DNA of 63,951 nucleotides, the filler included, from an uncultured bacterium (GTDB taxonomy: Bacteria > Hinthialibacterota > Hinthialibacteria > Hinthialibacterales > Hinthialibacteraceae), in assembly GCA_964449065.1 (NCBI GenBank). It is 3 parts of 3 records of this genome, joined end to end, with 100 filler letters (N's around TTAATTAATTAA, not from the genome) between each part and the next. Parts side by side here need not be neighbours in the genome. Positions count along the whole stretch, not along the records: positions 1 to 23,043 come from CAYVAZ010000036.1; 2 more parts are not named here. One strand, 5' to 3'. The notes beneath the pieces are model-generated. The model was not told where the DNA came from, ran no database searches, and saw only the letters and a program-made list of their open reading frames with translations. Of the stretch, positions 1-9,567 are shown piece after piece (position 1 is the stretch's first letter; each line of letters begins with the position of its first letter). The position numbers were made by a program, and so were the translations under genes.

Positions 1-89
1 GGAGATTCATCCCCCACTATGCACTCTTAACGCGCAAGATATACTTTCGCTCACATCGTACTATCTATACAAAAGCAGGCGGCATAACC

Positions 90-1583
90 ATGACAGAGGC
101 GAAAAAAGGCATCTTATCCGACCGGGTGAACCAAATTTCCGAATTGCGCGAACAGGGCATCAATCCCTACCCCGACCGCTTTGAAAAAACACACAGCCTC
201 AAAGAAGCCTTTGAACTGGAAGAAGGCACCGCCGGTGTCCGCATTGCCGGGCGCGTCATATCCAACCGCCCGATGGGCAAACTGGGATTTGCCCACATCC
301 GCGATGCCGAAGCCAAAATTCAAGTCTGCTTTACCGTCGATAACCTGGATAAAGACCGCTTTAAGTTCTACAAAAAATTTGTCGATATCGGTGATTTTGT
401 TGGCTTGGAAGGGGAACTGTTTGTCACCAAAAAGGGCGAACAAACCCTGATGGTCAAAGCCTTCCAACTGCTGGCCAAAGCCATTCGCGCCCTGCCGGAA
501 AAATGGCACGGCCTCACCGATCAAGAAACCCGCTACCGCCAGCGCTATCTTGACTTGATCATGAACGAAGACACCCGCAAACGATTTGAGGTACGCGCCA
601 GTGTCATCCGTGAAATCCGCCGCTATTTAGAAGACAATCACTTTATCGAAGTTGAAACCCCCATCCTGCAAACCAAGCCGTCCGGCGCGTTGGCCAAACC
701 GTTCATCACCCATCACAACGCTTTTGATATCGACGCCACCCTGCGCATCGCACCGGAGACTTATCTCAAGCGCTTGATTGTAGGCGGGTATGACCGCGTG
801 TTCGAGTTCGCCCAGTGTTTCCGAAACGAAGGCGTCTCGCAAGAGCATCTGCAAGAGTTCCTGATGCTCGAATATTACGCCGCCTATTGGAACTACGAAG
901 ACAACATGAACTTTACCGAGAAACTGGTACAGCACACGCTTGAAAAAGTATTGGGAACATTAACGCTGGAATTCCAAGGCCGAAGCATCGATTTTTCCGG
1001 CGCATGGAAACGCCGTTCCTTCCAACAATTGATTCTGGAAGATTGCGGGATCGACATCTACCAAAACCGCACCCGCGATGAATTGCTATCGGCGATGGAA
1101 GAAAAGGATATCCAACTGGAAAACGTGAAGATCGACAATTTAGGCTGGGGGGCGTTGGTGGACGCGCTCTACAAAAAAGTCTCACGGCCTAAGATCGATT
1201 CTCCGGTGTTTTTAACTTCACACCCGATTGAGCTATCACCATTGGCCCGCGCGAACGATGAAGACCCCACCATCACAGACCGCTTTCAGTTGGTCGTGGC
1301 GGGGATGGAAATCTGCAACGCCTATTCCGAATTGGTTGACCCTATTGATCAAGCCGAACGCTTTCAGCAGCAGCAGGCGCTACGCGATGCCGGAGACGAC
1401 GAAGCCTTACCCGCCGATGATGATTATGTGCATTGCATGGAATACGGCATGCCGCCCATTTCCGGCTGGGGCATGGGAATCGACCGCTTCGTTGCGCTCA
1501 TCACCGATGAAGAGAACATTAAAAACACGGTCTACTTCCCGCTCATGAAACCGTTGCATCACGAAGAAAACGAAGACGGTTAA
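90..1583 (+). CDS. lysS: Lysine--tRNA ligase (class II)
   Basis: N-terminal OB-fold; LPEKWHGL, RYRQRYLDL, LRIAPETYLKRLIVGG, FRNEG, EICNAYSEL and GMGIDR class II LysRS motifs. Confidence 0.97.
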   Translation: MTEAKKGILSDRVNQISELREQGINPYPDRFEKTHSLKEAFELEEGTAGVRIAGRVISNRPMGKLGFAHIRDAEAKIQVCFTVDNLDKDRFKFYKKFVDIGDFVGLEGELFVTKKGEQTLMVKAFQLLAKAIRALPEKWHGLTDQETRYRQRYLDLIMNEDTRKRFEVRASVIREIRRYLEDNHFIEVETPILQTKPSGALAKPFITHHNAFDIDATLRIAPETYLKRLIVGGYDRVFEFAQCFRNEGVSQEHLQEFLMLEYYAAYWNYEDNMNFTEKLVQHTLEKVLGTLTLEFQGRSIDFSGAWKRRSFQQLILEDCGIDIYQNRTRDELLSAMEEKDIQLENVKIDNLGWGALVDALYKKVSRPKIDSPVFLTSHPIELSPLARANDEDPTITDRFQLVVAGMEICNAYSELVDPIDQAERFQQQQALRDAGDDEALPADDDYVHCMEYGMPPISGWGMGIDRFVALITDEENIKNTVYFPLMKPLHHEENEDG

Positions 1584-2098
1584 TCTTCAAACTCATCCCG
1601 CAGGATCGACATTATCACGATGTTATGGAACTGGCCTTCACAAAAATAGGCGTCCCGCAGTGTCCCCTCAACTTGAAATCCCAGCTTTTTATACATCTGC
1701 ACCGCGCGGTCGTTAAACGAAAACACTTCCAGCATCAGCCGGTGCAGATTCAATTCATTAAAACAAAACTTCATTAACGTTTTAAACGAATCTTTGCCAT
1801 AGCCCTGCTCTTGAAATTCGGGGGATAAAAACAACCCGATCTCCGCGCATTGGTTTTTGTGGTCTAAGTCTTTGATCAGCGTGTAGCCGATTTGCTTTTC
1901 TTTAAGGGTTTCGATAATAAAAATGGTCTGCCGCCCGCCGGATGCGTAGTTCTCATACCAGCGTTCCTGCTCCATCTGCGAAAGCGGCAGCGGGCTGAAG
2001 TGATAGCGGAACAGTTCCGGCAGATTGCGCCAATTGCGCAGCCGCTCCACATCTTCTCTTACCAACGCGCGCAGTTTAATGCGTTCTCCATAAATCAT
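1580..2098 (-). CDS. GNAT N-acetyltransferase, RimJ/RimL/PseH-like
   Basis: IKLRAL start, FQEQGYG acetyl-CoA motif, LNLHRL..V...N.RA..Y.KLGF..EG.LR; directly downstream of a sugar aminotransferase. Confidence 0.85.
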   Translation of the reverse strand: MIYGERIKLRALVREDVERLRNWRNLPELFRYHFSPLPLSQMEQERWYENYASGGRQTIFIIETLKEKQIGYTLIKDLDHKNQCAEIGLFLSPEFQEQGYGKDSFKTLMKFCFNELNLHRLMLEVFSFNDRAVQMYKKLGFQVEGTLRDAYFCEGQFHNIVIMSILRDEFED

Positions 2099-2110
2099 GC
2101 TGCCCCCCTC

Positions 2111-3238
2111 CTATCCCTCGAATGATACTACAGCATCGATTACCCGGTCAATCTGTTCGTCCGTCATATCGGGGTACATGGGCAGGCTGATAATACGCTT
2201 CCAGATTTCTTCCGCGATGGGGCACTGCGCGTTGAGTTCCGCGTAATAGGGGTGCATGTGAATGGGATAGTAGTGCACACCCGGCGCGATATGATTGCGC
2301 TTCAAATGAGCCACCAAGCGGTCGCGTTCGGGCACTTTGAGGTGATAGATGTGCCATGAGGATTTCACGTTTTCATGCTCGATAGGCGTTTCAATCCATG
2401 AATGCCGCTCGAACGCTTCGTTGTATTTTTCGACAATACGACGGCGTTTGTTGTTGTTTTCTTCCAACCGCTTCAGCTGCACCAACCCGATGGCCGCCGA
2501 GATATCATGCATGTGATACTTGAACCCCAATTCATTCACCCAATACTGCCAGGCATACACACGCTCACGCGCGGAGCGGGCATACGTATCTTTCGATATC
2601 CCCAGCCAGCGGGTTTCCCGCAGTTTTCTCGCCCAGGTATTGTTGTGCAAACAAACCGCCCCACCTTCGCCGCAAGTAAGGTTTTTGACGGCATGGAATG
2701 AAAAGCATGTCAGTGGGGATATTCCCCCGACTTTTTGCTCTTCATAATTTGCCCCGCAGGCATGGGCGGCATCTTCAATGACAGTCAAACAGCGCGGATA
2801 GGTAATTTCCTTCAGTTCCGCCATTTCGCAGGGATGCCCGCCGTAATGCACCGGAAGAATCGCCTTGGTCTTATCGGTAATCTTGCGGCGCACGTCATCC
2901 ATATTGAGGCAAAGCGTGTCTTCTTCCACATCCGCAAACACCACCTTGCCGCCGCAATACTCCACCACATGCGCGGTTGATACAAATGTAATTGTCGGGA
3001 CAATCACTTCATCATCCGGTTCCAGGTTCAGCAGCATCAGCGCCAAATGCAGCGCCGCTGTCCCCGAATTCACCGCCACCACATGCGGCACATCAAATTC
3101 CTTCGCCAGCGCTTCTTCAAACTGCCCGGTCACCGGCCCCAGCCCCAGCCAGCCGGAGCGCATCACATCCGCAACCGCGTTAATCTCTTCTTCGGTAATC
3201 GAGGGGCGGAACACGGGAATGGTATCTGTTGAGCTCAT
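2111..3238 (-). CDS. DegT/DnrJ/EryC1/StrS family PLP-dependent nucleotide-sugar aminotransferase
   Basis: VNSGTAALHLA, PVHYGG, IEDAAHA, FSFHAVKNLTCGEGG (PLP lysine), SLPMYP. Confidence 0.95.
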   Translation of the reverse strand: MSSTDTIPVFRPSITEEEINAVADVMRSGWLGLGPVTGQFEEALAKEFDVPHVVAVNSGTAALHLALMLLNLEPDDEVIVPTITFVSTAHVVEYCGGKVVFADVEEDTLCLNMDDVRRKITDKTKAILPVHYGGHPCEMAELKEITYPRCLTVIEDAAHACGANYEEQKVGGISPLTCFSFHAVKNLTCGEGGAVCLHNNTWARKLRETRWLGISKDTYARSARERVYAWQYWVNELGFKYHMHDISAAIGLVQLKRLEENNNKRRRIVEKYNEAFERHSWIETPIEHENVKSSWHIYHLKVPERDRLVAHLKRNHIAPGVHYYPIHMHPYYAELNAQCPIAEEIWKRIISLPMYPDMTDEQIDRVIDAVVSFEG

Positions 3239-3349
3239 CTATCTTTCCAATAAATAGGGTTTTAAACGTTATCGTCTGATAAAACACAAAGTTTAAACCG
3301 GTTTCACATCCCTTACATACCAAGTACACTTTCTGCCTAAATCAAAGCA

Positions 3350-3374
3350 GGGAGGGCGAGGCTCCCGCCGGGCC
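3350..3374 (+). repeat. REP-like family R1 copy (GGGAGGGCGAGGCTCCCGCCGRGCC)
   Basis: Near-identical 25-mers at 22585, 47765 (reverse), 47818, 57056 (reverse) and a fragment at 46175. Confidence 0.85.
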
Positions 3375-3397
3375 GGTAGCCCGGATCAAGTTCATCC

Positions 3398-4153
3398 ATG
3401 CGCGAAGACTATTATTCCGACTACTTTGACTTCGAAAACAATAACTGGTGGTTTGTCAGCCGCCGGATCATTCTACACGCGCTTCTCAAAAAGTACATCA
3501 AAAATTCTACTCCCTTATCCATACTGGATGCCGGATGCGGCACCGGCATCAACTTGCAATTTCTGTCGGATTGCGGCAGCGTAACCGGTGTCGATGCCTC
3601 GCCCGAAGCCATTCACTTTTGCCATCAGCGCGGCGAACAAAACGTGCGGCAGGCACGAATCGAATCGCTGCCGTTGGAAGACAACGCCTATGATCTGGTA
3701 ACCGCGTTGGATGTATTGGAACATATAGAAGACGACGGCAAAGCCTTTAGCGAGATGGTGCGTGTCTGCAAACCGGGAGGCTATTTGCTGATCACCGTAC
3801 CGGGGTTTCCATCATTGTGGGGAGAGCATGATGAGATCAACCAGCACGTACGCCGCTATGAATGGCCGCGACTATTGAAGATGTTGGATGATCATCAATG
3901 CCAAATCGTACACCGCTCGTGTATGAACACCTGGCTGCTTCCGGCGGCCTTCGGTTGGCGCTGGTATCACAAACTCCGCCGCTGGATGACATCACCTTCC
4001 CCAGACCAAACCGCCCGTGCCGATAACATGCACCACCACCCCATCCTGAACCGAATCCTCACTTGGATCTTTACCAGCGAACTGCCGTTCGTGATCCACA
4101 CAAGTTTGCCCGCGGGGTTGTCGTTGGTGGTTTTGGCGAAGAAGCCGAAATAA
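3398..4153 (+). CDS. Class I SAM-dependent methyltransferase
   Basis: ILDAGCGTG motif I, GVDAS, LDVLEH, KPGG, TVP...W..HD...H.RRY typical of glycosylation-locus methyltransferases. Confidence 0.9.
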   Translation: MREDYYSDYFDFENNNWWFVSRRIILHALLKKYIKNSTPLSILDAGCGTGINLQFLSDCGSVTGVDASPEAIHFCHQRGEQNVRQARIESLPLEDNAYDLVTALDVLEHIEDDGKAFSEMVRVCKPGGYLLITVPGFPSLWGEHDEINQHVRRYEWPRLLKMLDDHQCQIVHRSCMNTWLLPAAFGWRWYHKLRRWMTSPSPDQTARADNMHHHPILNRILTWIFTSELPFVIHTSLPAGLSLVVLAKKPK

Positions 4154-4289
4154 AAAACGCGCATCCTTCACCCTGCCTTGCGTGCCGGGCAGCTTCGGGG
4201 GGGATCAACGCGGCATCATACTCCATCCCTTTCTATCAACACAAACCTGAATGACTCAAATGTGTTGGGACCCCGGGATTTTTTTTAGA

Positions 4290-5300
4290 TTATATCGAAT
4301 TCAACATCGCCATGTGTCCCATGTAAAATGGAATGATCACATAAAAGGCCAAATAAGCCGCCACCAAGATCATAATCAACGGCGGCAGCAGACGTCCCAC
4401 CGCTTGAATTTTGTTATAGGCTTTTTGCTCTTCTTCGTGGGCAAAGCGGCGCAGGCTGTCTTCCATGCGGCCGGATTCTTCTCCGACTTCGAGTATCCCT
4501 AACGATAGCGGTGTGAACATTTTGGTGGCCATTAACGCGTTCGAGAGTGAAGAGCCTTGTTCGACCATTGGGATCACTTTGTGTATCTTTTTGCGGATCA
4601 CATGGTTGCCGCAGCTGTCCGCCGACTGCCGCAAGCCGTGAAAATAGGGGACTCCAGCCGCCACCATGCATTCATAGGTTTTGGCGAACCGTGCCCGGGC
4701 CAACTGCTTGGCGGTTGATCCGAAAACCGGCAAAAACATCATGAACCGTTGAATCATATACTTGGTAACTGGAATCGCCATCAAGAGTTTCCATGAGATT
4801 AGGATCAGCAATACAATGGCTATGAAGTTTACTATTTCAAACAGCACCACATACAAGACATCCGTTAATCCTCCCAAAAAAATAGCCTGGAACACCCGGA
4901 TTCCCACAAACGCGAAAGCCAGCAGAAAACAGGGGTAAATCAAACCCATCATGGTGGCGCGCACGATATCCGAAAACCACAAGAGGTACTCAGACAGGCG
5001 CTGAAAGGTCAATGGCGCGGTTCCGGCGGTCTCGGTCGAAGCGATGATCCCGGCTTCTTCTTCCGGGAAGTATTCCGGCATGGTTTTCATCGCGGAACCA
5101 ATATCCCCGCCCGCGTCGATGTGCTCTTTCATCCGGCGGAAGATTTTGCGCTGCTGACTGTTTGGGGCCTGCTGCTCTAATATCTCCATCCCCCGCAATA
5201 CCGGAATGCCCGATTCAAGTATCTGGGCGATATTGCCGTACAAGTGCCCGCGGCTGCGGCGGGATAACCCCGTAAATGGTAAGAAATGATACCAGGCCAT
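4290..5300 (-). CDS. Type II secretion F / PilC family platform protein
   Basis: Two T2SSF-like repeats (SGIPVL..G.......FP....I...E.AG; AGVP..GE.SG.ME..L), three TM segments; ATG 5300 has an AAGGGG SD. Confidence 0.85.
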   Translation of the reverse strand: MAWYHFLPFTGLSRRSRGHLYGNIAQILESGIPVLRGMEILEQQAPNSQQRKIFRRMKEHIDAGGDIGSAMKTMPEYFPEEEAGIIASTETAGTAPLTFQRLSEYLLWFSDIVRATMMGLIYPCFLLAFAFVGIRVFQAIFLGGLTDVLYVVLFEIVNFIAIVLLILISWKLLMAIPVTKYMIQRFMMFLPVFGSTAKQLARARFAKTYECMVAAGVPYFHGLRQSADSCGNHVIRKKIHKVIPMVEQGSSLSNALMATKMFTPLSLGILEVGEESGRMEDSLRRFAHEEEQKAYNKIQAVGRLLPPLIMILVAAYLAFYVIIPFYMGHMAMLNSI

Positions 5301-5338
5301 GCGTTTCCCCTTTTGATCGGTTTTTACTTTTGACAATA

Positions 5339-5616
5339 CCCCCTTGCATAAGGGGGTGGAGCCTTAGGCTCCGGGGGATTTGCGCCGTTGGGCTGTGTGC
5401 TTCGATCCCCCTAGCCCCCCTTAACAAGGGGGGAAACAACGGCAACAACAGCAGCAACGACGGCATCAGAAAACCCGCCTCTTCACAAGCGAAGCGCAGT
5501 GCCAAACCCCCCCTTGCATAAGGGGGTGGAGCCTTAGGCTCCGGGGGATTTGCGCCGTTGGCTGCGTGCTTCGATCCCCCCCTAGCCCCCCTTAACAAGG
5601 AGGGAAACAACGGCAA
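5339..5616 (+). repeat. Tandem ~170-bp REP-doublet element family R2 (1.6 units)
   Basis: CCCCCTTGCATAAGGGGG-GGAGCCTTAGGCTCC-GGGGGATT...ATCCCCC-TAGCCCCCCTTAACAAGGGGGG repeated at 5339 and 5509. Confidence 0.92.
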
Positions 5617-5800
5617 TGCTATATTAGGTGATTCAGGTTGAATGCTTTTACCTACCATCAGATCATTCTTGGCAATCTTAAGATATTGTATCCAAACCAA
5701 TACACCGCTTCCAAAGCCATAGTTAGAAGATATAGTATTTCACTTTGATTTGTCCATCGATTTGCATCGAAATTCTATCATAAAAACGGATGATTGTATC

Positions 5801-7526
5801 ATGAAGCGGACCCATTATTGCGGCGATTTACGGACAGAGCATCTTGAACAAACGGTTACTTTGTTTGGCTGGGTATGGCATTGGCGCGACCACGGCGGCG
5901 TCGTCTTTATCGACCTGCGCGACCGTTCCGGCCACAGCCAACTGGTGTTTGACCCGGCGGTGAACAAAGAACTCCACGCCCAAGCCAACCAACTGCGCAG
6001 CGAGTTCTGCATCGGCGTTTCCGGTACCGTAAAACCCCGCATGGAAGGCACGGTGAACCCCAACATGGCCACCGGCGAGATCGAAGTATTTGTGGAGGAA
6101 CTCATCATCTTCAACGAGGCCGAAACCCCGCCGTTCCCGATCGATAACTATGTCGATGTGGGCGAAGACGTCCGCCTCAAATACCGCTATATGGATATGC
6201 GCCGTCCGTCATTGCGCGACAACATTGTCTTCCGCAGCAAGTGCTATCACGTGGTGCGCAACTACTTTCATGCGCAGGATTTTGTTGAGGTCGAAACGCC
6301 CGTCCTCAGTAAATCCACTCCCGAAGGCGCGCGCGACTTTTTGGTCCCCAGCCGGGTCTGCCCGGGCGAGTTCTTCGCGCTGCCGCAGTCTCCGCAAATT
6401 TACAAACAGCTCTGCATGATTGCCGGGCTTGACCGCTATATCCAGATCGTCAAATGCTTCCGCGATGAAGACCAGCGCGCCGACCGCCAGCCGGAATTCA
6501 CCCAGATTGATGTGGAGATGTCGTTCATCACCCCCGATGATATTTATGAGATTATGGAAGGCCTGATGGCCAGTATCTGGAAGGAAGTGAAGGGAATCGG
6601 GATCGAAACGCCCTTCCCGCGGATGCCCTATGACGAAGCCATGAGCCGCTTCGGCACCGACCGTCCCGATACCCGCTTCGCGATGGAACTGAAAGAACTC
6701 ACCGATATCGTGAAAGACAGCGATTTCTCGGTATTCAAATCCATCGCCGATAAGGGCGGCAAAATTTGCGGCATTTGCGTCAAAGGCGGGGCATCGTTCA
6801 GCCGTAAAGACATCGAAGACCTCACCAGCGAAGCGGGCATCCACGGGGCCAAGGGTTTGGCATGGATGAAGCACGAAGAAGACGGCCTCAAATCCAACAT
6901 CGTGAAGTTCTTCAACGAAGGCATTCAAAACGCGATGATTGAACGTCTCGATTCTAAAGTGGGCGACATCCTGCTCTTTGTGGCGGATGAACCCGAAATC
7001 GTCTACGCCAGCCTGGCGCATTTGCGGCTGCATTTGGGCAAGAAGTTGGAACTGTTCGACCCCAAGCAGGACAACTTTTTGTGGGTGACCGACTGGCCGC
7101 TGTTTGAAAAAGACGACGAGGGCAACCCCACCCCCAGCCACCATCCCTTTACCGCGCCTTTCCCGGAGCATGTGGATCTTTTTGAGACCGATCCGCTGAA
7201 GATCAAAGCGCAGGCGTATGATTTGATCCTCAACGGCATTGAACTGGGCGGGGGCAGCATTCGGATTCACCGGCGCGATGTGCAGCAGCGCGCGTTTCAG
7301 GCGCTGGGCATTGGTGAAGAAGAGGCGCAGGCGAAGTTCGGCTTTTTGCTGGACGCGTTCCGTTATGGCGCCCCGCCGCACGGCGGCATCGCGTTCGGCT
7401 TTGACCGCTTGATCATGCTTCTTCTTGGAGCGCCCAACATCCGCGAGGTGATCGCGTTCCCCAAAAACCAGCGCGCCCAAGCCATCATGGAAGGTGCCCC
7501 GTCCGAAGTGGATGACGAGCAGCTGA
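5801..7526 (+). CDS. aspS: Aspartate--tRNA(Asp/Asn) ligase, last few codons lost in N-gap
   Basis: RTHYCG, RDHGG, STPEGARDF, LPQSPQ, CFRDED, RQPEFTQID, GAPPHGG.AFG.DR; runs into 100-N gap. Confidence 0.96.
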
Positions 7527-7626
7527 NNNNNNNNNNNNNNNNNNNNNNNNNNNNNNNNNNNNNNNNNNNNNNNNNNNNNNNNNNNNNNNNNNNNNNNNNN
7601 NNNNNNNNNNNNNNNNNNNNNNNNNN
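7527..7626. other. Scaffold gap (100 N)
   Basis: Run of N, immediately followed by a partial R2 repeat. Confidence 0.99.
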
Positions 7627-7828
7627 AGGCTCCGGGGGATTTGCGTAGTTGGCTGCGTGCTTCGATCCCCCCTAGCCCCCCTTCTATAAGGGGGGAAACA
7701 ACGGCAACGGCAGCAATGACGGAAACATCAGCAACCCCGTCTCATCACAAGCGAAGCGCAGTGCCACAACCCCCTTGCAGAAGGGGGTGGAGCCGTAGGC
7801 TCCGGGGGATTTGCGTAGTTGGCTGCGC
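7627..7828 (+). repeat. R2 repeat array (partial, begins at gap)
   Basis: Same unit as 5339-5616 with changed loops (TTCTATAA, TTGCAGAA, GGAGCCGTAGGCTCC). Confidence 0.92.
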
Positions 7829-7930
7829 CTATCAACCCCCCGCATTCTCCCGCAAACGAAGTAAACTGAGTACCAGTTGTTTGCTGCGGCATGCAATGCA
7901 GCCTATCGCTGAAAACCACATGAAGACCTT

Positions 7931-8986
7931 ATGAAAAACACATGCATCATCATCGGCGGCGGTATTATCGGAATGATGTCCGCCAAAGAACTGCTCTTGC
8001 AAGGCTGGAACGTCATAATTCTGGAACAGGGCAACTGTGGCAGCGAATCATCCTGGGCAGGAGGCGGTATTTTATCCCCCCTTTACCCCTGGCTGGAACA
8101 TGAGTCGATCGATGAGTTAGCCCGTTTTGGTCAGCAGTGTTACCCCCTTCTTGCGGAACAACTCCGCGTCGATACCGGCATCGATCCGGAATGGATTTCT
8201 TCCGGAATGTTCTATCTCGACCCGGCCGGTCTCCACGCCGCCATCAGCTGGCTGGAACAACGTCAAATCCCCTTTCAACACAATCATGTTCCCTTCCATC
8301 AAAAAAACGTGCCGGCTCTGTTGCTCCCCTCGATCGCGCAAATCCGCCCTCCCCGGTTGACAAAAGGCTTAAAACGATGGCTGCTTCAAAACGGCGTGAC
8401 CATTGTGGAACAGTCTCCCGTTCAACAACTCCAATGCAGCCAAAACGCGTTTCGCTCCGTCGTAACCGAAACGGGTGAAATGGAAGCGGATTGTGTCGTT
8501 CTATGTACCGGCGCCTGGACCGGACACATGGCGCGATTGTTGAACCTGCAACTGGATATCAAACCGGTGAAAGGACAAATCATTGCCTTCGATGCTCCCC
8601 CAAATTTGTTGCCTGCCATGCGAATCCATCGCTCACACTATCTTATCCCCCGCCGCGATGGCTTGATTCTGGCTGGAAGTACTGTAGAAGATGACGGCTT
8701 CAGCAAACAAACTTCCATAGCGGTCAAAGAACAACTATGGGAAAAATCAGTCGCGCTTTGTCCCGCTTTGTCAAGCTGCCCGGTTGTGCATCACTGGGCG
8801 GGGTTGCGTCCCGGCACATCGCGCTCAACACCCTATATCTGCAAACTCGATCATCTTGACGGCGTGTATCTGAATGCGGGCCATTTCCGCAGCGGTTTAA
8901 CCTTGGCACCAGCCTCCGCGAAATTAATCTGTGATATCATTCTTAATCGCGTTCCCACCTTCCATAAACAAGCGTTTGAAATTTAG
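7931..8986 (+). CDS. thiO: Glycine oxidase ThiO-like FAD-dependent oxidoreductase
   Basis: GGGIIG dinucleotide fold, ESSWAGGGILSP, PVKGQ, YLIPRRDG.IL.GST, WAGLRP, GHFRSG. Confidence 0.75.
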   Translation: MKNTCIIIGGGIIGMMSAKELLLQGWNVIILEQGNCGSESSWAGGGILSPLYPWLEHESIDELARFGQQCYPLLAEQLRVDTGIDPEWISSGMFYLDPAGLHAAISWLEQRQIPFQHNHVPFHQKNVPALLLPSIAQIRPPRLTKGLKRWLLQNGVTIVEQSPVQQLQCSQNAFRSVVTETGEMEADCVVLCTGAWTGHMARLLNLQLDIKPVKGQIIAFDAPPNLLPAMRIHRSHYLIPRRDGLILAGSTVEDDGFSKQTSIAVKEQLWEKSVALCPALSSCPVVHHWAGLRPGTSRSTPYICKLDHLDGVYLNAGHFRSGLTLAPASAKLICDIILNRVPTFHKQAFEI

Positions 8987-9174
8987 AATAGGCAGCGGTA
9001 TACTATCCTTTCCGTATCCGTCTTGTTTGGTTCACGCTTGAGATTGTTACCGCCCCTCTTTTGGATGGCAGAGCAAGCGCGGCGGTAAGCCTTGGCGAAA
9101 GATGCACGCAGCGGTTTTCTTTCTGAACAATTCTCAATAAAATGGACATGAAAATTCGCAGTCGGTGATAAGGG

Positions 9175-9402
9175 ATGAACATCATTTACCCTCCCAAAAA
9201 AAAGAACAAATCAGAACGGAACCAACGCCCCAATTGCATCGGCTGCAAGCATTATTTCATTACTTGGGATATGAACCGCCCCTATGGCTGCCATGCGTTA
9301 AACTTTAAAAGCAAAACCCAGCCATGCCTGGTCGTCCTGCAAAGTTCGGGGATTCCCTGCCAAATGTTTTCCCCCAAAAACCGCAAGACAAATAAGAAGT
9401 GA
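9175..9402 (+). CDS. Small Cys-rich putative metal-binding protein
   Basis: CxxCxH-x-ITWD-x3-PYGC...FKS...P...V...SG..C..F pattern of a widespread small protein family; AAGGG upstream. Confidence 0.7.
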   Translation: MNIIYPPKKKNKSERNQRPNCIGCKHYFITWDMNRPYGCHALNFKSKTQPCLVVLQSSGIPCQMFSPKNRKTNKK

Positions 9403-9414
9403 ATTAAGTTCCGC

Positions 9415-9442
9415 TTGCTTAATTAGAAATCGCGTATATAAT
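9415..9442 (+). promoter_or_regulatory. Putative sigma70 promoter of the nusA operon
   Basis: TTGCTT-16 nt-TATAAT. Confidence 0.55.
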
Positions 9443-9450
9443 TCTTCACT

Positions 9451-9488
9451 GCGAAAGAGGTAGGGCACTGGCTCTACCTTTTTTTGCG
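9451..9488 (+). terminator. Leader attenuator hairpin (rimP-leader-like) upstream of nusA
   Basis: AAAGAGGTAGGGC-ACTG-GCTCTACCTTTTTTT between promoter and nusA. Confidence 0.65.
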
Positions 9489-9567
9489 TTACTTTACAAT
9501 CTGTTGTCATTATTAAACTGTTCAATTTATTGAATTTAACAGATGGCGGCAGAGGGGAGCCGGTTGC

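Noticed and set aside
5339..5616. CRISPR array
   Set aside because: The whole 170-bp unit repeats with no unique spacers, copies are dispersed and no cas genes are present
5215..5700. 161-aa ORF with internal repeats (also 7641-7934)
   Set aside because: Translation of the R2 DNA repeat
6209..7480. Long antisense ORFs (also 17695-18561, 39643-40371, 56102-56953)
   Set aside because: Shadow frames opposite well-supported genes, with no motifs
5750..7648. 632-aa AspRS with extensions
   Set aside because: Upstream TTG start and read-through across Ns are artefacts; the conserved start is 5801
9030..9150. 6S-like or riboswitch RNA after thiO
   Set aside because: Only TTACCGCC/GGCGGTAA and a weak outer stem; no recognisable consensus
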